DNA of 59,415 nt from an uncultured Lewinella sp. (GTDB lineage: Bacteria > Bacteroidota > Bacteroidia > Chitinophagales > Saprospiraceae): assembly GCA_913056515.1 (NCBI GenBank), contig CAJXMP010000001.1, positions 1 through 59,415 on the forward strand. Direction: 5' to 3'. The position numbers and the translations under genes are program-made. The notes below the pieces were generated by a model, which did not search any database, was not told the DNA's origin, and saw only the letters and a program-made list of their open reading frames with translations. Positions 28,446-36,831 of the stretch are shown here, piece by piece (position 1 is the stretch's first letter; every line of letters starts with the position of its first letter).

Positions 28446-29186
28446 CTACTTTAACAAGGTTAGGTTTTGAACTGGACTTTCATTTTGTGATTCAATAATA
28501 GAAAGCACGAGTTCGTTATCCGTAACGTGTTTTAATTTTATGAGATAAGGTTTTTTAACCCTACTAAATGGCTTGAAAATAATAGATTCCGTTTTGTTCA
28601 GGAAAATATACTGACCACGCTCTTTTCTCTCTTTTCCTTTATAAGCGGTAGTCATGGTATAGGTTCCATTAGACGTAAAATCTAGACGCACATCCTCTTG
28701 GTAATAGGTATCTTTTTTAAAGCACATTTTTTTGAGTTGTTTCCCTCTCCATAATCCAGAGAGTGTTTCAAATGCTTTAGATACAGGATGTATATTTTCT
28801 CTAAGTAGGATCGATTCAGTAGATGATTGATCATCCATAATCAACACACCAGCCTGATGATAAATCTTATATTGTTTCAAGGTAATTAGATCGGCATTTC
28901 TCAATGTCAATCTTTGTGAACCGTGGTTCAACTCGATATTCCAAAGTAATTTTGTCGCAGAAATTTTGTCTTCTTCGGTAAGTCGGATGATTTCTAGAAT
29001 ACCAGAATCATCGAAAATAAATAAGTGGTTTTGATTGTCTGCATTAAACCACTGTTTTGAGCACATCAACGCTTTTAGTCCCTCGCTAGTCTCTAGGTTT
29101 CCACCCATTTTGTTGCTGGAGCTAGTCGCAAACGAGGAGGTCGTAAACGCTGACAGGAACATTAAAAGAAAAATTGAAATTCTCAT
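28446..29186 (-). CDS. Hypothetical secreted protein
   Basis: The ORF has the signal peptide MRISIFLLMFLSAFTTSSFA at the internal Met, so 29186 is preferred over 29243. I recognise no family. Confidence 0.55.
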   Translation of the reverse strand: MRISIFLLMFLSAFTTSSFATSSSNKMGGNLETSEGLKALMCSKQWFNADNQNHLFIFDDSGILEIIRLTEEDKISATKLLWNIELNHGSQRLTLRNADLITLKQYKIYHQAGVLIMDDQSSTESILLRENIHPVSKAFETLSGLWRGKQLKKMCFKKDTYYQEDVRLDFTSNGTYTMTTAYKGKERKERGQYIFLNKTESIIFKPFSRVKKPYLIKLKHVTDNELVLSIIESQNESPVQNLTLLK

Positions 29187-29271
29187 TTTTGTGTTTAAGT
29201 TTGTTATACTCCTAATGACTGCATTTTTAGTATTTGGTTGCAATAATGTTTAATAATTTTTAAAAAAAATT

Positions 29272-29988
29272 ATGCTTTTTAGCTGTAGAGGTATTGTTTT
29301 TAGGAATCAGAAGTATAAGGATAGCAGTGTATTGCTGGATATCTATACGGATACCCATGGCTTATTGACTTTTATTGCACATGGCGTCCGTAAAGCAAAA
29401 GCAAGAACCTCTCCCTCTTCCGTGCAGTTAATGTCTATTGTTGAATTAAGTGGATATTATAAACCGGGTCGGTCCATTCAGAATGTTAAGGAGATCAAGC
29501 CACATTATGTGTATAAAGCCTTGCCATTTGATGTGTTGAAATCTGCTGTGGGAACCTTTATTACGGAGGTGTCTAGGAAATGTATCAAAGAGGAGTCAGC
29601 GAACGAGGAGTTATTTTCTTTCTTGTCGGACATGTTTAAGCAATTAGATGAATTGGAAGAGGGATTGAGTGTATTTCACCTCAATTTCTTAGTCGAGTTA
29701 GGACATTATTTAGGTATTTTGCCCCATTTAGAACTTTCGACAGTTCAAGAAGGGTATTTAGACATGTTAGATGGTGTTCTTGTTGATCTACCTCCATTCC
29801 ATGGCAATTACTTAGATGCAGCAGATAGTAAATTATTCCAACGTGGATTAGGTGGAGTACCTCACGGGGAGTGGTCAGCAACCCAAAGAAGGGCATTTAT
29901 TCAACTGATGTTGAGATACTACAGCATTCATATACCAAACATGGGAAAAATAAACTCACATGTAATCTTAGAAACGATTCTAACTTAA
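29272..29988 (+). CDS. recO: DNA repair protein RecO
   Basis: 238 aa with a RecO-type N-terminal OB-fold region (GIVFRNQKYKDSSVLLDIYTDTHGLLTFIAHGVRK). Confidence 0.85.
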   Translation: MLFSCRGIVFRNQKYKDSSVLLDIYTDTHGLLTFIAHGVRKAKARTSPSSVQLMSIVELSGYYKPGRSIQNVKEIKPHYVYKALPFDVLKSAVGTFITEVSRKCIKEESANEELFSFLSDMFKQLDELEEGLSVFHLNFLVELGHYLGILPHLELSTVQEGYLDMLDGVLVDLPPFHGNYLDAADSKLFQRGLGGVPHGEWSATQRRAFIQLMLRYYSIHIPNMGKINSHVILETILT

Positions 29989-30563
29989 AGGAAATAGCCT
30001 CGATAGGATTCTAAATCTAATCTCTCTTCCAACCATAATAATGGTGCTAATACTTTATCTCCCGTAAGTGTATCACAGACGAAAAATAGGTATAGCATGT
30101 TAAAATTGATGGTTTGGCTAAGTAACTTTTGAAGTCTCTGTTCAGCTAATTCGGTTTCTCCTCTATGCATATGTAACCAGCAATAGAATGGTTCATCATG
30201 TAATTCTATAGTCTGAAGTAGAACGGGATCATTTGAGTACTTTTTCATAAAGTTTTTTGCAATCACAGAGTGATGCATATTCCAGTTTCTCGGAATAGTA
30301 CGATCCTCCTTGTTTTTAAAGGTATCGTGTGCTATTGCAACTAATCTTAGTGTAGTTCTTTCGTACTCTTGGATAGGTAATTTATCAATATTATCTAGGA
30401 CCTCATTGATGTGTAAGGCTATAGTACCTTCCGGATGGCCAAATCTAGGTTTACCCCACAAAAGACCTTGTCTGAATTCGGGCTCAGATAATAATCGATT
30501 TTCGAGTGCCGTTTCGGCATGAATAATTTCTTCAATGATAATGTTGTGGGCTACACTCATCAA
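29985..30563 (-). CDS. HD-domain protein of unknown function
   Basis: 192 aa with H...HD...D-like residues (FGHPEGTIALH, AIAHDTFK, ELHDEP). Confidence 0.55.
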   Translation of the reverse strand: MMSVAHNIIIEEIIHAETALENRLLSEPEFRQGLLWGKPRFGHPEGTIALHINEVLDNIDKLPIQEYERTTLRLVAIAHDTFKNKEDRTIPRNWNMHHSVIAKNFMKKYSNDPVLLQTIELHDEPFYCWLHMHRGETELAEQRLQKLLSQTINFNMLYLFFVCDTLTGDKVLAPLLWLEERLDLESYRGYFL

Positions 30564-30846
30564 AATAGTATGTTCTAAAGGTTATCAATTTGGGGTACTT
30601 GGTACTATATATAACGCACTAAATTAAAATTTGATGCTTGAAAGTTTAAATGTTAATTTAATTATATAACAAATACACCATACTTGAGCAGTATGTCATT
30701 CTAGCTCAAAGGTAACATTATAATGATTTGATACTCAATATGGTTCCGTAATAGTAGGTGGATTGCCTGTCTTAAAAAAGACAATTTTATTTTTTGCTTT
30801 TGATAATAAGTGGGTGTAGCGTCTCCAAAATGTCCTATCAATATTT

Positions 30847-31569
30847 GTGATTCGAACACTTTTTATTTGTAGGATGACCCTATTGCATCAATTTTTAAGA
30901 CTGTTCATATTTCCTGTATTTTGTATTAAATGCAGTCAAGCTATTCGGTATTCCAGTCCTTTGGAACTATGCTTGTTTTGTTTGACTGAGCTACCCCTGA
31001 CTAACCACTTTGAGCTGCAAGATAATTTAATGGAGCAGCGATTTTGGGGAAGGATTCCATTTCATCGAGCTGGAGCTTTATTTTATTTTCAAAAGGGAGA
31101 ATACATTCAGCAAATCATATATCGAATGAAGTATGGAAATGGACAAGCCATGGGTTTTGCATTAGGCCGTTTACTTGGTCAAGCATTGAAGGAGAGTGCT
31201 GATTTTAAATCAGTGGATTATTTATTGCCTGTCCCATTACATCCTAAAAAATTATTGGAACGTGGATTTAATCAAAGTGAACTGATTTGCATAGGTATTC
31301 AACAAGCTTGGGACAAAGCTATCTGCACCGATTTAAGACGGATCAAACAGACTAAAACGCAAACTCAAATGGGCCGAGTAGAACGTGCTAAAAACTTAGA
31401 ATCTGCTTTTAGTTTTAAAAGTAATCATCCGAAAGAAACACATTATTTACTGGTCGATGACGTGCTGACTTCTGGGGCCACTATAGAGGCCTGTGGAGAG
31501 GCTATTTTGAAGGTCAACCCAAAGGCCAGGATCAGCATGGCCACATTGGCCTTTGCTGATCTCTGGTAA
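30847..31569 (+). CDS. comF: ComF family protein (phosphoribosyltransferase domain)
   Basis: N-terminal Cys pairs (CIKCSQ...CLFC) and PRTase motif LLVDDVLTSGATIEA. GTG start; ATG at 30874 is an alternative. Confidence 0.8.
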   Translation: MIRTLFICRMTLLHQFLRLFIFPVFCIKCSQAIRYSSPLELCLFCLTELPLTNHFELQDNLMEQRFWGRIPFHRAGALFYFQKGEYIQQIIYRMKYGNGQAMGFALGRLLGQALKESADFKSVDYLLPVPLHPKKLLERGFNQSELICIGIQQAWDKAICTDLRRIKQTKTQTQMGRVERAKNLESAFSFKSNHPKETHYLLVDDVLTSGATIEACGEAILKVNPKARISMATLAFADLW

Positions 31570-31578
31570 TTTTTTGGA

Positions 31579-32901
31579 TTAATATTGTTTGAAGAACCAT
31601 CGGAATAGCTCTTTAAAACTCGCTTTTTTACCATACATCAAAATACCTATTCTGTAAATCCTCCCGGCTACCCAGGTAAAGAATAAACAGGTGCCAATCA
31701 ACACAACTATAGATAGTATCATTTGCCAAATTGGGGGTTCAAACGCTAATCTTGCTGGCATTACAATAGGTGAAAATAACGGGAAGATGGATGAGAAAAT
31801 CGCTAAGTTACTATTGGGTGATTGAACAGTTACAATCATAATGTAAAAGGCAATAGCAACAGGTATTGTAATGGGTATCGTTAGTGCTTGACCTTCCGTC
31901 ATGTCATCTCCAATAGCAGAACCTACAGCAGCAAACATAGAAGCATAAAGTAGATATCCTCCCAAGAAATAGAATAAAAATAGAGGTATAATTGACCACC
32001 AGTTTTGATTTGCTATTTCAGACATGATCATGGAAAATTCGCCCATAACATCCTCCTGATCTATACCAGCTTGATCCATAGATAATTGATTGATATCACT
32101 AGTATCAATACCCCAAAACATCGAGGCTATGATCTGGATAATTGGAATTAGGATAGCCCAAACGGCCAACTGTGTTAGTCCTACTCCTCCTACACCGATT
32201 ATTTTACCCAGCATAAGTTCAAAAGGCTTAACGGATGATATCATGACCTCTACAATCCTATTTGTTTTTTCTTCCATCACTGATCTTAAGACCATCATAC
32301 CGTAAATAAATACCGTTAGATACATAATAAAACCCATGAATCCACCCAAACCAGCAGCTACGGCATTGGTATGTTTGGATTTATCCTTTGCTGTATCCGA
32401 AATGGGCTCTGGATCTAGGTCAACGCTTGTATTTAAGGCGTCTAATTCTTTTTGGTTTAAATTGAGCTCCTTGATTTTAAAGTTTCGAATCTTGTTTTTT
32501 ACTCGGTTACTGAGCACCATTTCTAAGTCTAAAGAGGGACTTTTTTCTGAGTAAAAAAAGATGGTATGCGATTGTGCGTACAGGTTTTTTATTTCAGGTA
32601 TGTACAGAATTGCATCAAAGTTTGTGTCCTCAAAATTCGCTTTAAGTTCTTCAACTGTGGCGTCTACTAGTTCAAAAGAGGTATTACCCGATTTAGCTAA
32701 ATCGGCAGGTTTATTGAAAATACCTGAATGATCTACTACTGCTATAGTTTTTTTCTCACTATCACTGTAGCTTAAAATGAATCCAAGCACAAAAATGAAC
32801 AAGCCAATAGCAAGTGGTGTAATTAAGGTCGTTATGATAAACGACTTTTTCTTTACCCGAGATAAGTATTCTCGTTGTATGATTAGTTTTAAATTTTTCA
32901 T
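31579..32901 (-). CDS. ABC-2 type transporter permease (NatB-like)
   Basis: 440 aa. N-terminal TM helix, a large extracytoplasmic loop, then five C-terminal TM helices. 4-nt overlap with the upstream ATPase gene. Confidence 0.8.
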   Translation of the reverse strand: MKNLKLIIQREYLSRVKKKSFIITTLITPLAIGLFIFVLGFILSYSDSEKKTIAVVDHSGIFNKPADLAKSGNTSFELVDATVEELKANFEDTNFDAILYIPEIKNLYAQSHTIFFYSEKSPSLDLEMVLSNRVKNKIRNFKIKELNLNQKELDALNTSVDLDPEPISDTAKDKSKHTNAVAAGLGGFMGFIMYLTVFIYGMMVLRSVMEEKTNRIVEVMISSVKPFELMLGKIIGVGGVGLTQLAVWAILIPIIQIIASMFWGIDTSDINQLSMDQAGIDQEDVMGEFSMIMSEIANQNWWSIIPLFLFYFLGGYLLYASMFAAVGSAIGDDMTEGQALTIPITIPVAIAFYIMIVTVQSPNSNLAIFSSIFPLFSPIVMPARLAFEPPIWQMILSIVVLIGTCLFFTWVAGRIYRIGILMYGKKASFKELFRWFFKQY

Positions 32902-33803
32902 GCTTCTACTTCTTCTACGGATTGAATAAAGATTTCATTTAAGCTGGGCAAGATCTCTTTAAAAGAGCGGATTCGGATGCCTTGTTTAGTGAAAAAACTT
33001 AGGATCTCATTGGACATCGCATCATCCTCTAAATGAATGATGATTTGATTATCCACTTGCTCTTGAATGTTCCCTGGGAGATTACTAAGGTCAGCGGGTG
33101 ATTGGTCTAGAGTTATTTCATACAAGTTTTTCTTGTATTGGTTTCGGATCTCCTGCAGGTTTCCTTTAAGTATAGCACGACCTTTGTTGACCAGCATGAT
33201 TTCTTCGCATATCTCTTCCACTTGTTCCATCCGGTGTGTGGAGAAAATGATTGTAGTACCCGCTTCTTTGAGTCTAAATATCTCTGATTTGATCAAGTTG
33301 GTGTTGATCGGGTCAAGTCCGGAGAATGGCTCATCTAGTATGAGTAGTTTGGGTTCGTGTACAACCGTTGAAATAAACTGAATTTTTTGCTGCATCCCTT
33401 TGGATAGCTCATTGATTTCTTTATTCCACCAATCATTTATCTCAAAGCGATCCAACCAAGATTGGATTTTTGCTTTAGCATCTTTTTTACTCAGTCCTTT
33501 TAATTGGGCTAGGTAAAGAAGTTGATCACCCACTTTCATTTTTTTGTATAAACCTCGTTCCTCTGGCATATAACCAATCAGGCCTGGGGTGTCGCTATTG
33601 ATTTTTTCCTGATTAAAAAAAATACTTCCTTCATCAATGGAGGTAATGGTCGTCATCATTCTTATTAAAGAAGTTTTTCCTGCTCCATTTGGACCAAGCA
33701 AACCAAATAACTGACCTGGTTTTAGTTCAAAACTGATGTTGTTAACGGCCGTGTAATCACCATAGTGTTTACTGACTTGTTGAACACTTAGAATAGAATT
33801 CAT
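32898..33803 (-). CDS. ABC transporter ATP-binding protein (NatA-like)
   Basis: Walker A GPNGAGKTS, signature LSKGMQQK, Walker B LLILDEP. Confidence 0.92.
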   Translation of the reverse strand: MNSILSVQQVSKHYGDYTAVNNISFELKPGQLFGLLGPNGAGKTSLIRMMTTITSIDEGSIFFNQEKINSDTPGLIGYMPEERGLYKKMKVGDQLLYLAQLKGLSKKDAKAKIQSWLDRFEINDWWNKEINELSKGMQQKIQFISTVVHEPKLLILDEPFSGLDPINTNLIKSEIFRLKEAGTTIIFSTHRMEQVEEICEEIMLVNKGRAILKGNLQEIRNQYKKNLYEITLDQSPADLSNLPGNIQEQVDNQIIIHLEDDAMSNEILSFFTKQGIRIRSFKEILPSLNEIFIQSVEEVEA

Positions 33804-33913
33804 GCTTTAGATTTTTGCCAGCGTAAAAATGATAAATAAGCTTGAATCGGTATAGGAATATCTATATACATTTATTTTTTTTCGATAAACTATTAATTGG
33901 GTATCTTGGAAAG

Positions 33914-34864
33914 ATGCAAGAAAAGGGAAAAGTAGTGATCATCATGAACCCGGTAAGTGGGAATAGGCGGAGTAAAATAAGACGGTCTCGCTTATTGGAT
34001 TTGATGACCCAAAGAGGAATAAGCTATGCTTGTTTTGAAACGAAATATAAGGGGCATGCCATGGAATTAGTTCAAGGCTTGAAGGAGGAGTCTGCTTCCA
34101 TCTTTTTGATAGGCATGGGGGGTGATGGAACAAATAATGAACTCGTAAATGGAATCATGCAATTGCCCCCTGAACACCGGGAGAATTTAGCTTACTGTCT
34201 TTTTCCTTCAGGTACTGGAAATGATTGGGCAAGATCCTTTGACATTCCAATTGATCCAAGTAGTTGGTTGGATATGTGGCAGGAACAATTTGCAAAGAAG
34301 CATGATTTAGGTTTAGTACGATATTATGCAGATGGGCAGGAAGCTCAACGATATTTTATCAATATAGCGGGCATGGCGTATGATGCGTATTTGGTTGGGA
34401 AGTTGGAAAAAGGCTTTATGTCTAAGTCTAATAAGCTCGTGTATTTGGGGATATTACTTAGGTGTCTAATGGCTTATAGACTGCACCCTGTTCAAGTTGA
34501 ATCGGATTCCTATGTTTTTCAATCTAAGTGTTATACTATAAATGTTGGTATAAATCGATTTGCAGGAGGAGGTATGGAGGTTGTACCAGATGCGGATGCT
34601 TTTGATGGCTTACTTTCTATCACCGCTGCAAAAGATCTAAAAAAGTATCAAGTTGTATATGAGTTAAGGCGCTTTTATAATGGAACATACACGCAAATAC
34701 CTAAAGTAGAAGCTTTTGATGCGAAAGCAGTAAAGGTGAGTTGTACGGATGCTGATCGTATATTGGAGGTAGAGGCAGATGGAGAATATTTGGGTGTTGG
34801 ACCTTGTACATTCCAATCTATTCCAGCAGCTTTTAATGTAATTATGCCAAAAAAAAATAATTAA
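33914..34864 (+). CDS. Diacylglycerol/lipid kinase family protein (YegS/BmrU-like)
   Basis: VVIIMNPVSGN and GMGGDGTNNE motifs. ATG at 33914 is preferred over the track start at 33842. Confidence 0.8.
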   Translation: MQEKGKVVIIMNPVSGNRRSKIRRSRLLDLMTQRGISYACFETKYKGHAMELVQGLKEESASIFLIGMGGDGTNNELVNGIMQLPPEHRENLAYCLFPSGTGNDWARSFDIPIDPSSWLDMWQEQFAKKHDLGLVRYYADGQEAQRYFINIAGMAYDAYLVGKLEKGFMSKSNKLVYLGILLRCLMAYRLHPVQVESDSYVFQSKCYTINVGINRFAGGGMEVVPDADAFDGLLSITAAKDLKKYQVVYELRRFYNGTYTQIPKVEAFDAKAVKVSCTDADRILEVEADGEYLGVGPCTFQSIPAAFNVIMPKKNN

Positions 34865-34890
34865 ATTTAGTTTTCAATAGTCAAACCAAT

Positions 34891-36831
34891 ATGTCCAGCT
34901 TTCGAACATTCATTTCTAGTGATAAAGGGTTATATGGAATCTTATTCTGTCTTGGGTTTTTGATTTATGCCAATACCTGGACGCACGACTATGCTTTGGA
35001 TGACTCCATTGTAATAGTGGACAATGTGTTTACTTCAAAGGGACTAAGCGGCATAAAGGACCTTTTTACATCAGATACTTTTTATGGATTTTTCAATCAA
35101 TCGGGAAAGGATAATCTGGTACAAGGCGGGCGATATAGACCATTGAGTTTGGCGACCTTTGCTTTGGAGGTAGAGCTATTTGGAATGAAGCCTGGCGTCA
35201 GTCATTGGATCAATAGTTTGTTATATGCTTTGTTAGGTTTGTTAGTCTTTAGGGTGTTGAATCGACTATTCAAGGATCAGCGGCAAGGAGTCATTATTGC
35301 TTTTTGGAGTACCTTGTTATTTGTGGTGCATCCCTTGCATACGGAGGTTGTAGCGAATATAAAAGGCCGTGATGAGATTTTGGCATTGGGTTTTGCTTTA
35401 CTCGCTTTAGATTCAGCGATCAAGTATTTGGATTTGGGAAAACGATCTGAGTTGTTTCTTGGAGCACTTTTTGTGTTTTTAGGTGCCATGTCTAAAGAAA
35501 ATGCCCTTACTTTTTTAGGGGTCATTCCGTTAGCTATTTGGTTGTTTAGGACAAAAAAAATAAAAGGGATAATCTATGGTACAATTCCTGCGTGTATAGG
35601 TATACTTCTTTTTCTTGTTATTAGATTTTCCATTTTGGGTTCAGGTATTAGTGAGGTGTCCATGGAGTTGATGAATAATCCATTCTTGAAGTGGACGGGA
35701 TCTACTTATACTCCTATGACTTGGAGTGAAAAGGCACCCATTATCTTACATACGATGTATGAATATCTTCGTTTAGAAGTATTGCCTATTAATCTTACCC
35801 ACGATTACTATCCAAGGTATATCGATATCAAATCTTGGACGGATTGGACTGTGATTGCTTCTATCCTATTACACCTTGGACTTTTGGTTGTTGCTTGGAT
35901 TTATCGCACTCGTCAGCCTATTTGGACTTTTGGTATAGTGTTTTATTTTTTGACCTTATCTATAGTTTCTAATGTGTTCGTTTCAATTGGTACAAACATG
36001 GCAGAGCGATTTGTATTTATGCCATCATTAGGAGCTACTGTTTTAGTAGTATCTGTGTTAGTGCATATACTTAGTAAAAAGTCTTCAGTTGATCAAGTCC
36101 AAGTATGGTCTAAAAACTGGTATCCTTTGATGGCAGGGGTGTTGGTATTTGCCTTTTTAACTGTTCAAAGGAATCCGGTTTGGGCGGATAATTACACCTT
36201 GTTTACCACCGACATTCAACAGTCTACTCAGTCTGCCAAATTGTGTAACTCAGCGGCAGGCATCCTAATTGATACACATAAAGATGGGGTTGAGACCGTC
36301 AAAATACAGGAACTGAATAAAGCAAAATCTTATGCTGAACAAGCGATTGCTATTCATCCTACTTTTAGGAATGCTTATTTACTAAGAGGGAATGCTGCTT
36401 ATTACTTGAAGGAGTTTGATGATGCCATAGCCTGGTATGAGCAAGTATTAAGCTTCGCTCCTGAATACGAAGACGCCAAGAATAATTTATTTGAAGCTTT
36501 TTTAAAAGGAGGTGAATATGCGGGTCAAGTCCAACAGGACTTACCAAAAGCAATTGCAATGTTTCAAAAAGCCATGGAAATGCCTCAAGGAGCGGAGAGC
36601 TACGAACTCAATCGCTTGATGGGGGTAGCATATGGAATATCCGGCCAATCGGATAAGGCGGTAGAATATTTTGGTAATTGTGTTCAATTGGAACCTGAAA
36701 ACCCATGGGCCTATTATAATTTATTAACAGGGTATGCTAATATGTCGGGACAAACGGATATGGTCCGATCATTAGAGCAAAAGATATTAGCATTGGATAG
36801 TGAATTTTTCGTAAACCTCCGTAATAATTAA
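34891..36831 (+). CDS. Polytopic membrane protein with C-terminal TPR repeats (TMTC/PMT-like putative glycosyltransferase)
   Basis: About 10 TM helices in the first 430 aa or so, then TPR-like repeats. The layout recalls GT-C/TMTC-type proteins. The assignment is by architecture only. Confidence 0.5.
   Translation: MSSFRTFISSDKGLYGILFCLGFLIYANTWTHDYALDDSIVIVDNVFTSKGLSGIKDLFTSDTFYGFFNQSGKDNLVQGGRYRPLSLATFALEVELFGMKPGVSHWINSLLYALLGLLVFRVLNRLFKDQRQGVIIAFWSTLLFVVHPLHTEVVANIKGRDEILALGFALLALDSAIKYLDLGKRSELFLGALFVFLGAMSKENALTFLGVIPLAIWLFRTKKIKGIIYGTIPACIGILLFLVIRFSILGSGISEVSMELMNNPFLKWTGSTYTPMTWSEKAPIILHTMYEYLRLEVLPINLTHDYYPRYIDIKSWTDWTVIASILLHLGLLVVAWIYRTRQPIWTFGIVFYFLTLSIVSNVFVSIGTNMAERFVFMPSLGATVLVVSVLVHILSKKSSVDQVQVWSKNWYPLMAGVLVFAFLTVQRNPVWADNYTLFTTDIQQSTQSAKLCNSAAGILIDTHKDGVETVKIQELNKAKSYAEQAIAIHPTFRNAYLLRGNAAYYLKEFDDAIAWYEQVLSFAPEYEDAKNNLFEAFLKGGEYAGQVQQDLPKAIAMFQKAMEMPQGAESYELNRLMGVAYGISGQSDKAVEYFGNCVQLEPENPWAYYNLLTGYANMSGQTDMVRSLEQKILALDSEFFVNLRNN

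Noticed and set aside
30564-30846. 283-bp ORF-free gap between the HD-domain gene and comF. I examined it for a riboswitch, a small RNA, a small ORF or invertible-promoter inverted repeats.
   Set aside because: I found only trivial hairpins (for example CATACT-tgagc-AGTATG), ORFs of 13 codons or fewer, and no flanking inverted repeats or known riboswitch cores. It is most simply a divergent promoter region.
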